Shown: in pieces, positions 20,152 through 28,673 of the stretch
Layout: each line of letters opens with the position of its first letter
How positions within the stretch are numbered: position 1 is the stretch's first letter
From: Bacteroidales bacterium
Lineage (GTDB): Bacteria; Bacteroidota; Bacteroidia; Bacteroidales; UBA7960
Length of the DNA: 43,724 bases
Direction: 5' to 3'
Assembly (NCBI GenBank): GCA_046484145.1
Contig: JAWOBS010000285.1
Coordinates: 1 to 43,724 of the forward strand
The notes under the pieces: model-generated
Seen by the model: only the letters and a program-made list of their open reading frames with translations
What the model was told of the DNA's origin: nothing
Database searches by the model: none
Position numbers and translations under genes: made by a program

Positions 20152-21846
20152 TTACTTTTTGATTTTTTTTAAAATTTTAGCAATTTTTTCTTTTTCTGAT
20201 TGCCATGGAATTTCTTTTGACAGGGCGGTTTCGTAATGCTCAATTGCTTTGTCTTTTTGTCCCGTGCTTTTATAATAATTGCCGGAAACCACCCATGTAT
20301 TATAAAACTCAGGATTTAGTTTTAAGTAATCTATAATTTCTTCTTCCTTTATTTCTTTATGCTTTTTGGCTTTTAGCAGATCTTCAAATCTTTTTGTCTC
20401 TTCCTTATATTTTAAAAAGTTTTGATATTCTTCTGTGTGGATAAATTCATCCTCAGGAATATTGAGGTCTTCATTATATAATTCAGTAATAAGGTCTGTT
20501 TTAATGTCAAATGTATCTGCAAAAACTTTATTCAAATCATAGGCTACATAGCTTCCAAGTTGAAATGGATTGCTTGAAATCCAGAATTTTAATTCCTGGG
20601 GTTTAAAAATAATTGAATGATGTGCAATAAGCTGGTTAAGTGCTTTCTCATTTCCCATGCCGATATCTTCATCATTTTTTCCTTTTCTGTCTCTGAGTAT
20701 TTCCGCGAAAGTTCTTATATCATGTTTCTCTTGCCTGTCAAGTAATTCCTTTGTTCTTTCCCATCTGTATAAAGATGAACTTTCTTCAATATTTTGAATA
20801 TTCAGGTCCCTGTCTTTTAGTTTTTCTCCCTGGTAATGGTTTGTGAGAATGATCTCATCAGTACCTGTTTCAAACATATCTATTTCTCTCTTGGTTTTTT
20901 CAATTACTACCATTCTGTTTTCTGAAGCTGAACCAATAAGAAAAGAACCCGACACAAAAGTTTTATGGCTGCGGGCAATTTCGTAGGCTTCATCTATAGT
21001 GGATGCATACTGAAGAATTTTCCTTGCAAGTATAGATACAGGGATCTTTGCTGACTTTGGTATATCAGACTTTGCTGAGTTGTAACATATTGTTAAGCCT
21101 TTTTCGTTCATGCCGGATATGGCGCCTATCATTCCTGCCCAGCTTATTGTGCTGAGTTTATATCCATTTTCAGGATTAATAAATGTTACAATTTTATTAT
21201 CTGCAAATTTATCTCCAATATATAAATCAAAATTCCTACCTATTACCATTGTTTCATCAGCAGATCTTTCATTTTTAACTCCAAAGGCAGTACAGTAAAC
21301 CATATTCATATTTTGAAGAGCGTGGCCAATGTCATGTGCAGCATGATAATTTAAAAATCTGTGATAAGGCTTTGAAACAAAGTTGAATTCCGGAGAAGCA
21401 CTCTGTGATACACCATAAATTTCTTTTTGATATTCCAGGGGTACGTGCAGTGCCATATCCCTGTTGAACCAACCAATAAAATATTTTAGAAACTTCAAAT
21501 ATGATTCAGAAGGTACCATGACGCGTATTTGCTCCATAAAAGCCTTTTCCTGGTATTCGGATAATTCTTTTGTTAAAATTCCGTTTTTTGCCCCCATATC
21601 AAAAGGGCTGCCTTCCAGGTACATTTCCCAAAGGTCATATTTGTTTTGTTTCAACCAACTGTCTTTACATACAAATATGCTATCAGTTATTTTTTCCCTT
21701 TCCAACAACAGTGCAGATTTGTCTTCAACCTTGGGAGGGTAAAATCTTTTTAGTATGCTAAAGTATGCCATGGGTGTTAAAATGATTAAAATTAAAAGTA
21801 TTGCTGCAATTTTAAAATAAGTTTTTTTATACAAGGGTTTATTCAT
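20152..21846 (-). CDS. C45-family Ntn hydrolase/acyltransferase (acyl-CoA:6-aminopenicillanic acid acyltransferase-like) with N-terminal anchor and C-terminal TPR
   Basis: 564 aa. TM anchor at aa 11-30. Putative nucleophile Cys185 in MVYCTAFG (nt 21292-21294), followed by VIGRNFD and GMNEKGL, as in C45/IAT-like proteins. C-terminal TPR-like YNTWVVSGNYYKSTGQKDKAIEHYETAL. Overlaps the upstream gene by 8 nt. Confidence 0.78.
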   Translation of the reverse strand: MNKPLYKKTYFKIAAILLILIILTPMAYFSILKRFYPPKVEDKSALLLEREKITDSIFVCKDSWLKQNKYDLWEMYLEGSPFDMGAKNGILTKELSEYQEKAFMEQIRVMVPSESYLKFLKYFIGWFNRDMALHVPLEYQKEIYGVSQSASPEFNFVSKPYHRFLNYHAAHDIGHALQNMNMVYCTAFGVKNERSADETMVIGRNFDLYIGDKFADNKIVTFINPENGYKLSTISWAGMIGAISGMNEKGLTICYNSAKSDIPKSAKIPVSILARKILQYASTIDEAYEIARSHKTFVSGSFLIGSASENRMVVIEKTKREIDMFETGTDEIILTNHYQGEKLKDRDLNIQNIEESSSLYRWERTKELLDRQEKHDIRTFAEILRDRKGKNDEDIGMGNEKALNQLIAHHSIIFKPQELKFWISSNPFQLGSYVAYDLNKVFADTFDIKTDLITELYNEDLNIPEDEFIHTEEYQNFLKYKEETKRFEDLLKAKKHKEIKEEEIIDYLKLNPEFYNTWVVSGNYYKSTGQKDKAIEHYETALSKEIPWQSEKEKIAKILKKIKK

Positions 21847-23341
21847 CTTTTATTTCGTTTATAAGTTTGTTAATATCAACAAAGCCGGAACAAGTTATTA
21901 ATGAGCTAATTGACACACCAAGCATGCCATGTAAGTTTACATTTTGTCCGGTTAAAAATAAATTTGGCACGCGTGTGTTATGAGATACAAAAGTACTTAA
22001 TGGGTCTTTATAATCTTTTATTAAGCCATACATAGAGCCACCGGGCGAGCCTGTGTAATCTTTGAAAGTCAAAGGCGTTGATGTATAAAAGCTGTCAATG
22101 CTTTGCTTTATGCCGGGTATTTTTTCATTTAAAATATGTAATAATTTTTCTGCTTTTTTTGCTTTAAAATCCAGGTAATCATCACCTCTTTTGCCTATCC
22201 TTGTATTATCCCATTTTTTCACTTCTTCAAACTTCATAAAAGTAATAATAGTTGCGCTCTCGGCATAACCCGGATGTTGCTTGCATGGTGTTGTGTAAAA
22301 AATAAAGCCCTGGGGCCATCTGTCAGTATTATAATTATCAATTCCCCAAACGTCATCATAGGTTTTTGAATAGTAAACGTTGGAGTTAATATGTTTAAAA
22401 GATTTCTTTTTCAGTACAATATATATACTAAAAGGAGATATTGAGTTTTCTATTGCGTTAATTCTGTTTATATATGCTTTTCTTAGTATTCCGGGTTCAA
22501 TAAGGCTGTTTGTAAGTGTTGGATGTATGTTAGAAATAAATGATTTTGCTGTAATTTTATTTCCTTGTGATGTAAGTGCTGCAACAGCTTGCTTATCGCG
22601 ACAGATAATTTTTTCTACTTTAGTACCAGTAAGAATTTCTCCTCCCAGGCTTTCGAAAATATTTTGCAATGCTGAAGCGAAGTTTATATTTCTTTCATCA
22701 AGCTTCCACGCACTATTAATGAAAAATTTGTTAATAATAGCATGAGTGTACAATGGTGTTTTGTCTTTTACTCCGGCATAAAGCCCATTGGTTGCAGCAA
22801 GTAATCCTTTAAGTTTATAGTTATCAGTAAGCGAATCAATAAAAGAATATGCCCCGATTTGTTCAAAACCGCCCTTGAAAACTTCAGTATCTGAAACTTC
22901 TCTAAGGTTAATTATTTTAACCTTGTTCCAAATGCTGTCAATTTCGTTCACGTATTTTTCAATGGCAGTTTTTTCATTTGGAAAATAAGATATAAGACGG
23001 TTCTTAAAGTTTTCATTGCCCATCTCATAACAGTATTCATCATCTTCAATTAGTATTTTTTCAAAACAATTATCAAGTTTTTTAACGATGATTTTATCTA
23101 ATATTCCAAGGTATTTGAAAAGCTTGTATAATATCTGACCCTTATCAAGTGAGCCTATATAATGCATTCCTGTAGTAAAAGTGCAGCCTTTCCTGGTAAA
23201 AGTTTGTATGTTTCCACCAATTTGAGAATGTTGTTCAAGAATGCAAACGGAGTAACCATGTTTGGCCAGAATAATTCCGCAGAGCAATCCACCCAGCCCG
23301 GCACCAATTATTACAATGTCATATTTATACATGTCTTTCAT
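21839..23341 (-). CDS. NAD(P)/FAD-dependent oxidoreductase, phytoene desaturase (CrtI)-like, paralogue 2
   Basis: 500 aa. Dinucleotide fold YDIVIIGAGLGGLLCGIILAKHGYSVCILE. Length and C-terminal LFLTGQNVNLHGMLGVSIS resemble CrtI/amine-oxidase-like enzymes. Clear paralogue of the upstream gene. Confidence 0.85.
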   Translation of the reverse strand: MKDMYKYDIVIIGAGLGGLLCGIILAKHGYSVCILEQHSQIGGNIQTFTRKGCTFTTGMHYIGSLDKGQILYKLFKYLGILDKIIVKKLDNCFEKILIEDDEYCYEMGNENFKNRLISYFPNEKTAIEKYVNEIDSIWNKVKIINLREVSDTEVFKGGFEQIGAYSFIDSLTDNYKLKGLLAATNGLYAGVKDKTPLYTHAIINKFFINSAWKLDERNINFASALQNIFESLGGEILTGTKVEKIICRDKQAVAALTSQGNKITAKSFISNIHPTLTNSLIEPGILRKAYINRINAIENSISPFSIYIVLKKKSFKHINSNVYYSKTYDDVWGIDNYNTDRWPQGFIFYTTPCKQHPGYAESATIITFMKFEEVKKWDNTRIGKRGDDYLDFKAKKAEKLLHILNEKIPGIKQSIDSFYTSTPLTFKDYTGSPGGSMYGLIKDYKDPLSTFVSHNTRVPNLFLTGQNVNLHGMLGVSISSLITCSGFVDINKLINEIKDE

Positions 23342-24828
23342 GCTTTTCTGATTTTATTGTACAAATAATCAAATCCGATTAATTCAGAGCATGTCAATGC
23401 TGCACTTATTGAGACACCTAATATTCCATGCATATTTAAATTTTGCCCTGTGAAATATAAATTATTAATTCTCGATTTGGGTGTTATTATGCCTGTTAAT
23501 GTGTTGTTGTAATCCTTTAATATACCATATGATGATCCTTCCGGTGTTGCTGTGTATTCCTTATATGTGAGAGGTGTTGAGGTATAATAATGTTTTACGT
23601 TTTTTCTTATTCCGGGGAATTTCTTTTCTATAGCTTCAAAAAGCTTCTGTGCTTTTTTCTCTTTAAACTCAAGATATTCATCGCCCCTGTTTTCAATTCT
23701 GGTATTTTCCCATTTTTTCACTTCATCATATTTCATATATGTTAAAGCGATAATTCCGTCTGTCCATTTTTCCGACCTGGATGTAGCCGGTGTGTAAAGC
23801 ATGTAATGCTCCGGCCATAATTTCTCATCATAATCTGTTGTCCATGTGTTTACTTTCGCAAAATGATGATGGTTGTAATTCAGGTATGGAAAGCTTTCCT
23901 TTTTCATAACCATGTAAAGGCTAAACATTCCAATTGTATTTTCTAAAGATTTGATACGCTTGAAAAATGCTTTTTTTATCAAGGCAGGATGTACTAGTTT
24001 AAGTGTATTTGCAGGATGGATGTTTGATATGAATTTCTTTGCAAATATTTTTTCGCCATTGTCTAAAACAACATAGTCAACACTGTTGTTCTCGCCGCAA
24101 ATGCCTGTTACTGTGGTTGATCTGAATATTTTGCCGCCGTTTTCTTTAATGACATCTGCTATTCTTGCTGCGAGTTGCGAGCTGCCATCAATGAACCTCC
24201 ACGAACTTCTGATGAATGAATAGTTTATCAGTGCATGTATATATAGTGGCGTTTTATCTCTGACACCTGCATACAATGAATTCATGCCGCTTAGCACCTC
24301 CCTGAGTTTATTGTCATCAGTGATAGACTTTAAAAAGTTATATGCACCAATATTTAAATGCTTATTGTCTTTGGCTGAAAGATCTCCATCGAGTGTATAT
24401 AAAGGAAATTGATTGCAAACTGCTTCCATTTCACTGATGTATCTTTTTAAATTTTGTTTTTCCTTTGGGAAATAATCAGCCAGTGAATTTACAAAATTGT
24501 CATAACCCTGGGCAAAAGGATATTCTGTACTATCTCCATTAAAACTTATCTTGTCAAAATGATTAATGTCAAGCCTTTTTATTTTTATCCTGTCAATAAT
24601 ATCAAAAAATTTAAAGTATTGATTCAGAACTTCTCCTTCACCTAAGCTTTCAGTATAGTTTAATCCTGTGTTAAATATTGTTTTATTTTTAGAGAATGAT
24701 TGAATGCAGCCGCCTATCTTTTTGTTTTTTTCTATCACACATACTTTAAAACCCTCTTTGCTAAGAATATTACCGCAAAGTAGCCCTCCTAATCCACCGC
24801 CTATAATTACAACATCGTAATTGTTCAT
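23338..24828 (-). CDS. NAD(P)/FAD-dependent oxidoreductase, phytoene desaturase (CrtI)-like, paralogue 1
   Basis: 496 aa. YDVVIIGGGLGGLLCGNILSKEGFKVCVIE and LYFTGQNLNMHGILGVSIS. The stop overlaps the next start by 4 nt (ATGA). Confidence 0.85.
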   Translation of the reverse strand: MNNYDVVIIGGGLGGLLCGNILSKEGFKVCVIEKNKKIGGCIQSFSKNKTIFNTGLNYTESLGEGEVLNQYFKFFDIIDRIKIKRLDINHFDKISFNGDSTEYPFAQGYDNFVNSLADYFPKEKQNLKRYISEMEAVCNQFPLYTLDGDLSAKDNKHLNIGAYNFLKSITDDNKLREVLSGMNSLYAGVRDKTPLYIHALINYSFIRSSWRFIDGSSQLAARIADVIKENGGKIFRSTTVTGICGENNSVDYVVLDNGEKIFAKKFISNIHPANTLKLVHPALIKKAFFKRIKSLENTIGMFSLYMVMKKESFPYLNYNHHHFAKVNTWTTDYDEKLWPEHYMLYTPATSRSEKWTDGIIALTYMKYDEVKKWENTRIENRGDEYLEFKEKKAQKLFEAIEKKFPGIRKNVKHYYTSTPLTYKEYTATPEGSSYGILKDYNNTLTGIITPKSRINNLYFTGQNLNMHGILGVSISAALTCSELIGFDYLYNKIRKA

Positions 24829-24830
24829 TA

Positions 24831-27800
24831 TTATTCCTTTCTTAATATATATGTGATGTTTGATGTGAGTTTTGAATTGTCAAATCTCTCAAACGTAAAT
24901 CCATTATTAAGTGCAAAATTTTCAATCTCTTTACTTGGGAAAAATGAGAGTTTATACTTCTTTTTATTGAACCTTACTATTTGTGTGCTTTGAACTTCAG
25001 TAAATTTAGTAAAGAATGTCCTGTTTTTTATATCCGTATCAGCATCCCTGATAATAATCATGCCTTTATTGTTAATCATTTTACTGCATTCCAACAATAG
25101 CTTTAATCTCAGCTCATGAGGGAGATAATGCAATACATCGTTTAAGATGTAAACGTCGGAAGGTGGAATACCTCCTTCTGTAATGTCTTTTAGTTGAAAT
25201 TTTAAGTTATTAGTTTTTGCAGAAATATTATTTGCTATAGCAATTTTTTCTTCATCATAATCAAGGCCGGTAATAATTCTGTCATCGGATGTGCAATGCA
25301 ACATATAAGCTAAATAGCCATATCCGCATCCAATATCTGTTATTGTTGCTTTTTTGGGAATTATATTGTTGTAGAATGTATAATATTTCTCAGCTTTTAA
25401 TTTTGTTCTTACATACCATTCTAATATTGGACCTTTATAAATGTACTGGGCAATTAATCTTCGTGCAAAATATTTAGGTGTTTCTATTTTTTCTCTAAAA
25501 TTATCGTATTCTTTTCTATATAAACTTTTCAATTCTTTGGCTTGTTCTTTATATGTTTCTCCTTTTTCTGTACTGACGCTGCGGACTTTTATTTTGTCCA
25601 GTACTTTTATATGTACACGGCCTGCTTTTAAAAAGAATTCAATTTTTGGCATTACATGATACAAGCCATGTATCATAACCGGCTGTATATCAATATTTAA
25701 TTTGTCTGCCACATATAGCGCGCCCTGGTGGAAACGTTTTATTTCTCCGTCTTCTGTCCTTGTTCCTTCCGGAAAAATCAATACAGAGTATCCTTGCTTA
25801 ATTTTGTTTTTTAGAGCTTCAAAGTCATGGTCAAGGCCTTTAAAAGCAGGGTAGAAGTCAGCAAACCTGATAAAATAACCAAAGAAAGGGCTGTTGTAAA
25901 CCCAGGAATTTGTGAATGCGATAATCTTTGGATTAAGCCCGAGCAAAAACATTAAATCAAGAAATGACTGATGATTTGAAATAATTACTGATGGCTTTGA
26001 AAAATCAAGCTTATATTTATCTATATACTTTGTTCTTACACCATGATTAACGGATGTTATGAATTTTGAAAATCCTTTTATGATATTATGCACAATAACT
26101 TTTTTGTGCCTTTTTTTAATTGGCAACAACAATATAACAGGGAAAAACAATGCCATTAATAATACCCCAAGTAAATAAACTATCAGTGCATTAAGTGAAA
26201 CTGTCAGGTTATATAATGTAACTGGCTCAATCCTGGGTTGCTTTTTGTTGTTTACTATGTATGAGAAAAATAGTGGCAACAAAGTGTATGTAATTATTAC
26301 AACAGACGTAATGCCCAGTATTGAAACAAATGCTATTGATTTTAAAACAGGGTGCTGGGCAAATATCAGCACTCCAAAACTTGTTATTGTAGTTATGGCT
26401 GATAATAAGACAGATAGCTTAAATGGAGCTAGTGGAACATTACCATATTTGTGGTTGTTTATTAGCCCGCTCATTATAAAAATACTGTAATCAATTCCAA
26501 GTCCAAATACAAAAGTTGTAATGATAATATTAAAAATATTGAATTCAAGGCCAAGCAAGCCCATTAACCCGATTGTCCATATCCAGCTTATAAGAATAGG
26601 AAGAAAAGCTATTATTGCAATTTCTATTCTTCCGTATGCTAAAAGTAAGATACTGAATATCAATATCATCGATAGAGTAACAAGCCATCGGAAGTCTTCT
26701 TTAAGAACCTCAAGAAATTGATTAATAAAATACTGGTTGTCAAATACTATTGTTTCCTCATCATGCTTAAAGTTGTCAAATAGTTGTTCTTTGTTGTCCC
26801 GGCTAACCTTTACAATTGTTATTACAGAGTTTATATCTTCATTTTCACTAATGTAATTTTCAAGAAAATTCTTTTTTAGAACCCGGAAGCTGTCAGTTGG
26901 CAAGGCCTCAAATTCTTTATCAAGCAAATTAAAGAATGAGGAAAATGCATTAATGTTAAATCGATATTCTTTTCCTGATTGAAGTAAATTTTCCTGTAAT
27001 TCTTTCTTGGTTTCTTTATCCCAGAATGAATTCCATTTTTTAATTTTTTGCTTTTGGGCTTCTTTTGAAAAAATCAGGTCTGCTGCAGTGCTTATATCTG
27101 ATATAACTTCTTCTTTTTTCAGTTCATTTAATATGTTTAAATTCTTTTCGGTTTTTAGCAAAGCCTTATTTAAACTGGTATCCTGGGTGACTAAATAGAC
27201 AGCGCTAAGAGCTTCGGAACTGATGTCTTTTAGTTTCTTTTCGGCTTTTTCTAATTTGTCAGGCTGGTAGTTTAAGCTTGTGAGGTCGCTGTTAAAACTG
27301 AGCATTCCTGAGGTGTATATGAACAGGCCGGATAAAACAATTATTGCTATTATCAGGTATTTGTTTTTATTGAATTTATATTGAGATATTTTATCAAAAA
27401 ATGTGTAATTATAGTTTGTTGATTTTTTATTATTGGGAGATTTTAGGAAGAACGGAAGAACAATAAGTACTATTAATGCAGTAACAATTATAGCAATTGC
27501 GGCAAATAATCCCAGTTGGTTAAGTGCTTGTGACTTTATAATAAACAAACATAAAAACGCTAATGCTGTAGAAATACTACTAAGCATAACCGGTTTTGAT
27601 ATGTTTTTCAAAGTGTGTTTTACAGAATTGCTGCTTCTAAAGTGAGTAAATGCATGCAATGAGTAATCAAGGGAAATGCCTATTAATACTGCACCTACAC
27701 CTAATGCCATTGCCGATATTGTTCCTTCTATTATAACTAAGATAGCAACTGATATTATTGCTCCAAAGAGTATGGGCGTAAATAACAATATTATGTATCT

Positions 27801-28673
27801 TATTTTTCTAAAAATAAAGAGGAAGAAGAATGCCAGTATAATTAGTGCTATTGAAACAGTTAATATAATATCATTCTTGATTCTTGATGCATTTGCAACA
27901 GCCACAGCTGTTCCTCCGTAATATTGTACGTGAATTGCCGGGTGTTTTTTATTGAATGACTCAAGAGTTTTATCAATGAAATTAATTAAGTGCTTGTTCT
28001 CTTTTGTATTGGATGAAGGATAGGCCGGATCCAGGAATACCAGCAAATTTTTATTGTCCTTTGTGAATATACTTGAGTTATAAATATGAAAATTTTCATC
28101 CAGTTGAAAATTTTCAAGTTTTTTTAATGCTATTGGCGTTAAGTGCAGAGGGTCTTTTTTTACAAAATCTTTAGTTGCAAATCCAACCGGTGAAATCAGT
28201 GTTTTGAAATTGCTTTGCAGTGTTTTGTTAATTTCTCCTGGCTTAATCCTTTTGGATATTTCATCATAATCATCATCAGAAAGAAACAGTGGAAGATTGT
28301 TATAGATAAAATCATAAATATGAAAATAGGATTCATTTTCAATACTGGCCCTGATGGATTTTATATGTGTTGAGTCTTTTATGAGCTCATTAGATAAATA
28401 ATCTGCTGCTTTTATAAGTGTATCAGGCTCAGTCTTTTCATTATCATAAAACGAAAACATAAAGATTAGCCTGTCGGCGAATTCTGATTGTGAAATTACA
28501 TCATTTATCTTCGTTATCCTTTCATCACGGGGAATTATTGCAGATACGTCTTCTTCAAGTTCTAGTTTATAAACAAAAAATGCAGCAACCAGCAATATTG
28601 CTATAAATAATATTGATGAAAATACTTTCCATTTAGAAATAACATGATGTATATTAACAAAGATATTATTCAT
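24831..28673 (-). CDS. tri-domain fusion: MMPL/RND-type exporter + PlsC/LPLAT acyltransferase + class I SAM methyltransferase
   Basis: 1280 aa. aa 1 to about 840: two units of soluble loop plus TM bundle (GAVLIGISLDYSLH, FVFGLGIDYSIF), typical of MMPL proteins. aa about 870-1030: NHQSFLD (H901-x4-D906; nt 25956-25976) and FPEGTR (aa 967-972). aa about 1070-1280: SAM motif I ITDIGCGYGYL (aa 1111-1121; nt 25311-25343). Confidence 0.85.
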   Translation of the reverse strand: MNNIFVNIHHVISKWKVFSSILFIAILLVAAFFVYKLELEEDVSAIIPRDERITKINDVISQSEFADRLIFMFSFYDNEKTEPDTLIKAADYLSNELIKDSTHIKSIRASIENESYFHIYDFIYNNLPLFLSDDDYDEISKRIKPGEINKTLQSNFKTLISPVGFATKDFVKKDPLHLTPIALKKLENFQLDENFHIYNSSIFTKDNKNLLVFLDPAYPSSNTKENKHLINFIDKTLESFNKKHPAIHVQYYGGTAVAVANASRIKNDIILTVSIALIILAFFFLFIFRKIRYIILLFTPILFGAIISVAILVIIEGTISAMALGVGAVLIGISLDYSLHAFTHFRSSNSVKHTLKNISKPVMLSSISTALAFLCLFIIKSQALNQLGLFAAIAIIVTALIVLIVLPFFLKSPNNKKSTNYNYTFFDKISQYKFNKNKYLIIAIIVLSGLFIYTSGMLSFNSDLTSLNYQPDKLEKAEKKLKDISSEALSAVYLVTQDTSLNKALLKTEKNLNILNELKKEEVISDISTAADLIFSKEAQKQKIKKWNSFWDKETKKELQENLLQSGKEYRFNINAFSSFFNLLDKEFEALPTDSFRVLKKNFLENYISENEDINSVITIVKVSRDNKEQLFDNFKHDEETIVFDNQYFINQFLEVLKEDFRWLVTLSMILIFSILLLAYGRIEIAIIAFLPILISWIWTIGLMGLLGLEFNIFNIIITTFVFGLGIDYSIFIMSGLINNHKYGNVPLAPFKLSVLLSAITTITSFGVLIFAQHPVLKSIAFVSILGITSVVIITYTLLPLFFSYIVNNKKQPRIEPVTLYNLTVSLNALIVYLLGVLLMALFFPVILLLPIKKRHKKVIVHNIIKGFSKFITSVNHGVRTKYIDKYKLDFSKPSVIISNHQSFLDLMFLLGLNPKIIAFTNSWVYNSPFFGYFIRFADFYPAFKGLDHDFEALKNKIKQGYSVLIFPEGTRTEDGEIKRFHQGALYVADKLNIDIQPVMIHGLYHVMPKIEFFLKAGRVHIKVLDKIKVRSVSTEKGETYKEQAKELKSLYRKEYDNFREKIETPKYFARRLIAQYIYKGPILEWYVRTKLKAEKYYTFYNNIIPKKATITDIGCGYGYLAYMLHCTSDDRIITGLDYDEEKIAIANNISAKTNNLKFQLKDITEGGIPPSDVYILNDVLHYLPHELRLKLLLECSKMINNKGMIIIRDADTDIKNRTFFTKFTEVQSTQIVRFNKKKYKLSFFPSKEIENFALNNGFTFERFDNSKLTSNITYILRKE

